Assembly: GCA_964036045.1 (NCBI GenBank)
Contig: OZ038378.1
Span: forward strand, 17,484,001-17,548,000
Direction: 5' to 3'
Length of the DNA: 64,000 bases
Origin: Eutreptiella sp. 'Long Island Sound 2002'
Taxonomy: Eukaryota > Protista > Euglenida
The notes under the pieces are model-generated. The model did not search any database. It saw nothing but the letters and a program-made list of their open reading frames with translations, and was not told where the DNA came from. The stretch's first letter is position 1. Each line of letters starts with the position of its first letter. Made by a program: the position numbers and the translations under genes. Positions 59,132 through 64,000 of the stretch are shown here, one piece after another.

Positions 59132-61379
59132 GTATGGCCTGCGACCCTGAGATCCGCGCGGATGGTGCGCATGAGCGCACGTTACATGAACACGCACGGC
59201 ACAAACAAAACGCACGGCACACACACTAGAACACGGGCACCACAGGACTTGGCACACAGCAGCACACACAACACAAGTGCACACCTGCACAGACACGCAG
59301 CAACCCCCCCCGTCCACCTTCTGCTGCAGCTCAGCCCCTCTGTGGCCTGTCCCACTGCCGTGGGGGGGAAAGGGGGCATCTGTGAACGCGCAGGGGGAGG
59401 GAGATCGGCGTCTCTCTGCCCTGACCTTACCCCTTTGTGCGCCGTTGGCTGCAGCTGCAGCGCCTCTTCCCCCCTGGAGGCAGCACTCGGCGCCGTGGCC
59501 GCTTTCCCCTCCCCCTGACCTGCGGGCCTCGCATAGGGGGGGCAGGGCGTGTGCTGGACTCGCAGCAGCGAGCGTGAGATCGAAGTGAACACATCACACA
59601 GGGGGAGGGGGGGAGATGCAGGCCTCCTCCCTGACCCTCACCCCCTCCCGAACCTGGTTCCCCCTTGAGGGGGAACAGCCCGGAGTGAAGTCCTCAAACG
59701 GGGAGCCCCTCAGCAGCCCAGAAAGCAAAAGAGCAACAACGCACCACATTCACCCCAGAACAACCCCAACAAACACCAGTGACTGGTCAGTTTGTAGATT
59801 TGGAGACATGTGCAAAAGTGCCCCGGTGCCCAACTGCAAATGGGACAACCCAACAGCCACAATGGGAGGCAGGGAACGACATGCTGCCGCCCTGCGCCGC
59901 ACACCAGCAGCGGTGAGCGTGCCAGCAGAAAAAGAAAGAGCCTGAAATTGGGAGTCACGCAAGCAGCAAAGCAACTGGGCACAGAGCCGCCCCACACACG
60001 GCAGTGAGACGAGCCCCAACAGGACACACAACGATACACAAGGGAACCATGAGGTGCGAGCACTGCAGCAACCACTGAATGTGGCGCACGCCGAGCGAGC
60101 CATCAGCAACCCCCCCCCCCCCCTCTACAAGGTGCCCACGTCCTCCACAAAGGCGGCGGCTGCGCCCCGCGCGCCGGGAGGTGCCCGCCAGGGGGGTGGC
60201 AACACGGCCGTGACCAGCCAACCGCGCACGGGACAGTCCATGTCGTACGGAGATGTGAAATCCTCGTATGGGGGGGCAGGCGGGTGGGACAGGAGTGGGT
60301 GCGCGACAGGGGCACCCAGGAGCGCCAACAGACAGGGCAGACCCCCCGTCCACAGGATGTGAAACACATTTTGCAGCATGTGGAGATCCGTGTATGAAGC
60401 CCACGGGCAAAAGGGCAGCCAAACGTGCGCCAAAGTAGAATGGTGCTGCAAAACCACCTGCCAAACCCCCTGCACACCGTAGGAAGCCTAACTCAGGAAA
60501 ACCATAACAACACGGAAATGAAAAAGAATCAACATGGGCAGTGCATTTGCCCCTCCCAGCCAAGTCAGGCCAGATGTGTGAGAAATCCAGTAAAAAAAAT
60601 TCGTTGATTTTATGGGTGCGTCGTTTCAAAAGGTATCAGCAACTAGGAATAGTGTGGCAGGAAAATGTTCTCGCAACGCGGGGTCTCAGGGCAATGTGGA
60701 GCTTGCAAAGTGCACCAGATACCCTCAGGTTCCAATGCTCCCCTTAGCAACACCGTATTGTTTCGATTACCCATCAGTGTATGCTGTGCCCCCTCCCTGT
60801 ACCACAGCATGTTGTGCCACCGATGGCATCACAATGGTGTGCATTCTTTCCATAGCCACTGTCACCTGCAAATGTGTACCCTCCGTGGCAATTTGGCACG
60901 TGCCCTACTAAGCATTAAATGCTGCAGAGGAGCAACACAGACGTACAGAACGCGGGAGCCACACCAGGAGCGACAAGGGCAAGCACAGCAGACAAGGAGG
61001 AGGGGCACAGCGAGGCAGGAGAGGCAACCACAATAGCGGGAACAGGGAACCAGAATGGAGGGTATGGGAGAGCGTGCGCATGGGAGGCAGCGACAACAAA
61101 GGGGATGGTCTGGCCAGCCAGCCCCGTCGCTACCGGGTACCATGGTAACCCCGGCTCAACCGGCATCAGGTGGGGGGTGTCTCCCGCAGCCCAGATGGGC
61201 TGTTTGCACAACAGGAGCAGGAGCCCATCAGGGGCAGACCAGCCGTGAGGGGGAAAAGGACATATGGTGGACGGCCGGGACAGCGCATGGAGGAACAGGG
61301 CACCTGGGCCTCACGCACACAGAAACACAGCGAGGCAGGCTACAGACGGCCTGTGGACAAAGGCGCGTGGACAGCAAAA

Positions 61380-61760
61380 ACAGTCGAACGACCCCATCAA
61401 CAACCAGCACATCCTCAATAGGCCAACTATTGGGCGCTGCTGACGCACAAACGGCACACCATGCCACATTCAGCACAGCCCCAACACACCAACTACTGGG
61501 CTCCGCGAACGCGGAAACGACACCAGCAAGAGCACCGGCCGCAGCGGCCGACAGAAAGCTGCAACATGATGCAACATGCGAAGGGAAGAACGGGTGACTG
61601 CCCAAGGCCCCGTGAAGGAACAACAACCAGACGGAATGTCACACAGGGGGGTGGCCCACCCCCTGTGAGACCAGCCCCATATGCGAAGAGACGAACGGGT
61701 GACTGTCCAGGGCCCCATAAAGGAACAACAACCAGATGGAATGTCACGCGGGGGGGGGGG
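61380..61760 (+). repeat. Interspersed repeat with an internally duplicated ~75-bp unit
   Basis: GCGAAG..ACGGGTGACTG.CCA.GGCCCC.T.AAGGAACAACAACCAGA.GGAATGTCAC occurs at ~61577 and ~61683. Confidence 0.7.
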
Positions 61761-62005
61761 GGGGGCACCCACAAGCCCCCAACTTGTCGCAGCAGGCCTA
61801 AGCCCATCAGGCTCTCCACCCTCCCGCCGTCGCAGGGGTGGTCCCTGGTCCACCGCCCCCCCCCCCCCCCCCCGCAGTGGGCACGCGCCATCAGCCGCGC
61901 ACAGTGTTTCGCCCGCTCCGGCGATGGGGGCCACCCACTTGCCGAGCACCCCCTGCCGCTGTGGGCATGGCCTTGTTTGCGGTCGGGGTCCTCGCACGGG
62001 TCCAT

Positions 62006-63650
62006 GGTAAAACTTTTTTGTAAAAATTTTTACTAAGTGTCAAAATTTAGTAAAAAAATGTTTATTTACTAAGTTTTTTCTCTGCGGGTGGGTTTTTCAC
62101 GAAGTAAATTACTTAGTAGAAAAAGAAAAAACTTTCTTACTAAGTAAAAAGCTTACCAATAAAATAAGTTTTTTCCACTTCTGACTGCCACTACTCATTT
62201 TGTCCCCCGCCCTGAAGCGTTGGGGACCCCCCAGGCGGCAGGGATTATGTAGCCACCCAGCCCACTTGAGGGCCACTTCTGCTTTTGTCCCCCGCTCTGA
62301 AGTGTTGCGGACCCCCCAAGCGGCAGGGTTATGTAGCCACCCGGCCCCCTTGTGAACCATCTATGATTTTGTCCCCCGCTCTGATTTGGGCAATTTCCAT
62401 TGGGTGCTCTGCTTGTTGTTGATTGCCCCAGCTCGCGAGTACATGTGCTCTAAGCTTGACCCCCTGTGTGACCGGCCACACATTGTTGCAGCCAACTGGG
62501 AGGAGTTGGCTATTGTGGATTTGATTGCTGGGCGAGAGGGCATTCAACCACAGCAGCGGAAGAAGTGGGCAAAGGTTTTGGATGCTTTCGGTGCCCTTGC
62601 ATTTGCAATTGCACCCTTGCATTCCACCTTCATCCGGCAGATTGATGGTGTTAGTTGCCATCCGGCATGTCTCTTGACATTGCATTGTGCCTTGTCTCGA
62701 CGCATTGTCAAGGGCATCTTGCAAATGCCACTGGATAGATTGTTTATTGCGTGAAATGGCTGAAGCTACTCCAAGTTGGCCTCCACCCCCAGGACCCGAG
62801 CACTGCATTGAGAGGTGGCTCGGATGTACACCAGACCCGGATATGTGGACCCCGTTGACACATGCTTTTCTTGCGATGGCACACCCCACATAGCCTGCCA
62901 CAAATGTAAGGTTCTTCAATGTACTTTGCATTGTGTCAATCGGAGATATTTGTTGGATTGCGCCAATTGTGGGCGGCCAACCTCGCTGCTATTGCTATTG
63001 CTTCTACGGTTGTTGTTGCTTCTGCTCTTAACACCCGTCCCGGTGTGTGGATCTGTCGCAAGTGGTATGCGGTGCCTCCTCAATATCCCCAAAATACTGA
63101 TGGTCATCTGAGAAATGACCAAGACTTTTGCACCAAGCTGCAAGGGGAATTGAAAAAGGCTCTGTTTGGGATGTGCACCAATAATCCCATAGAGGGAAAC
63201 CGAGCCATATAGATACCAAGGCCGACTTGATTTTCAAGCGTGTCTCTGTAACTACTTGTAAGTAGTTGGCACAGATGTTGCTAGGCTCAGGACTCTTTTC
63301 TTGAGCCTGATTTTGTTTCTAGTGCCCAATCCCAATTGTGTTTTGTTATGTTGGCCCAGTGCCAACTAATTGGTGTGCATGATGGTTTGGCCTGGGTGGG
63401 CGCCACTAACTCAAGTGGCCGGGGATCGACCCGGGGGCTTTGTGCCCTTAAACAAAAGTACCACCTTCTATCGAAATGTTGACTACCTTGGTTAAAACGG
63501 CCGGTGGTGGGGTGGTAAAACTTAGTAGAAACGAGGTGAAACCTAGTAAACAAAAAAATAAAAATAAAACTTCTTCCTAAGTTTCACCACGTTTCTACTA
63601 ATTTTACCAAATTTTGCTAAGTTTTACCTCGTCTGATGCTAAGTTTTACC
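62006..63650. repeat. Two AT-rich foldback units (62006-62157, 63514-63608) with ~85-bp tandem repeats (62198-62385) between them
   Basis: GGTAAAACTTAGTAGAAACGAGGTGAAAC pairs with GTTTCACCACGTTTCTACTAATTTTACC. Both units share TACTAAG/CTTAGTA motifs. The tandem unit TTTTGTCCCCGC.CTGAAG...TTATGTAGCCACCC occurs about 2.3 times. Confidence 0.75.
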
Positions 63651-64000
63651 AAATACCCTCCTCCCGCGCCGAGGACTTGCACTGCCGCTTGGGTGGGGTC
63701 CGCCAGTCCCCTGCCAGCGGGAGTGGGCCCTCTTCTAGACCATACATACTCTGACGGGGGTGTGCGTGACAGATGCGGGCCCTCCACCGCTGGTCGTGCT
63801 AGATGCAGCCACCCCCGCAGCGCCCTTGCCGTAGTCTTTGCCTACGCCGCACCAATGCAGTGCCCCTCGTGCGCATGCTGGTTGCAGTGCTCCGAGCCGC
63901 TGCCTGCATGCTACACACGGCGGAGACTGGTGCTTGTGGTAGAGCACCACACCCGGCCACACCTTGGTATCGCCTCCTAGCTCAGCCCCAGGCTCGCTGG

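Noticed and set aside
62400-62931. Tc1/mariner DDE transposase
   Set aside because: The WPPPPGPEHCIERW and LDNAS-like motifs are on opposite strands; no consistent DDE triad.

Overview
Eukaryotic nuclear DNA, almost certainly from a euglenid: a near-perfect Euglena-type spliced leader lies at 28705-28731. The window is dominated by one giant intron-rich + strand gene (at least 16902-59131, open at both ends). It encodes a predicted secreted or surface protein: two tandem cassettes of [2 Cys/Trp modules, vWA, TSP1], then a 10.4-kb single exon (5 PAN/apple-like modules plus a long Ser/Pro/Ala/Thr mucin-like stalk), a beta-rich module, a CUB-like domain and REJ/polycystin-1-like exons. The introns and the upstream region hold two decayed full-length non-LTR retrotransposons with APE, RT, RNase H and Zn-finger motifs (~5.7-12.7 kb and ~47.85-55.6 kb) and a third, very decayed one on the minus strand (~1.75-4.4 kb). 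There are also several MITEs (one with perfect 25-bp TIRs and an 8-bp TSD), tRNA-like repeats, microsatellites and foldbacks. Main oddities: (1) the spliced leader sits in an intron, is not followed by a splice donor and is flanked by a direct repeat, as expected for a retro-inserted trans-spliced RNA; (2) duplicated exons are ~99% identical while most introns between them are unrelated; (3) a 35-bp exonic duplication introduces a stop but also forms a possible GC-AG intron; (4) some CUB-like exon junctions have no canonical GT-AG solution. Domain names are motif calls made by eye, not database hits. Exon boundaries are inferred from splice signals and phase, without RNA data.
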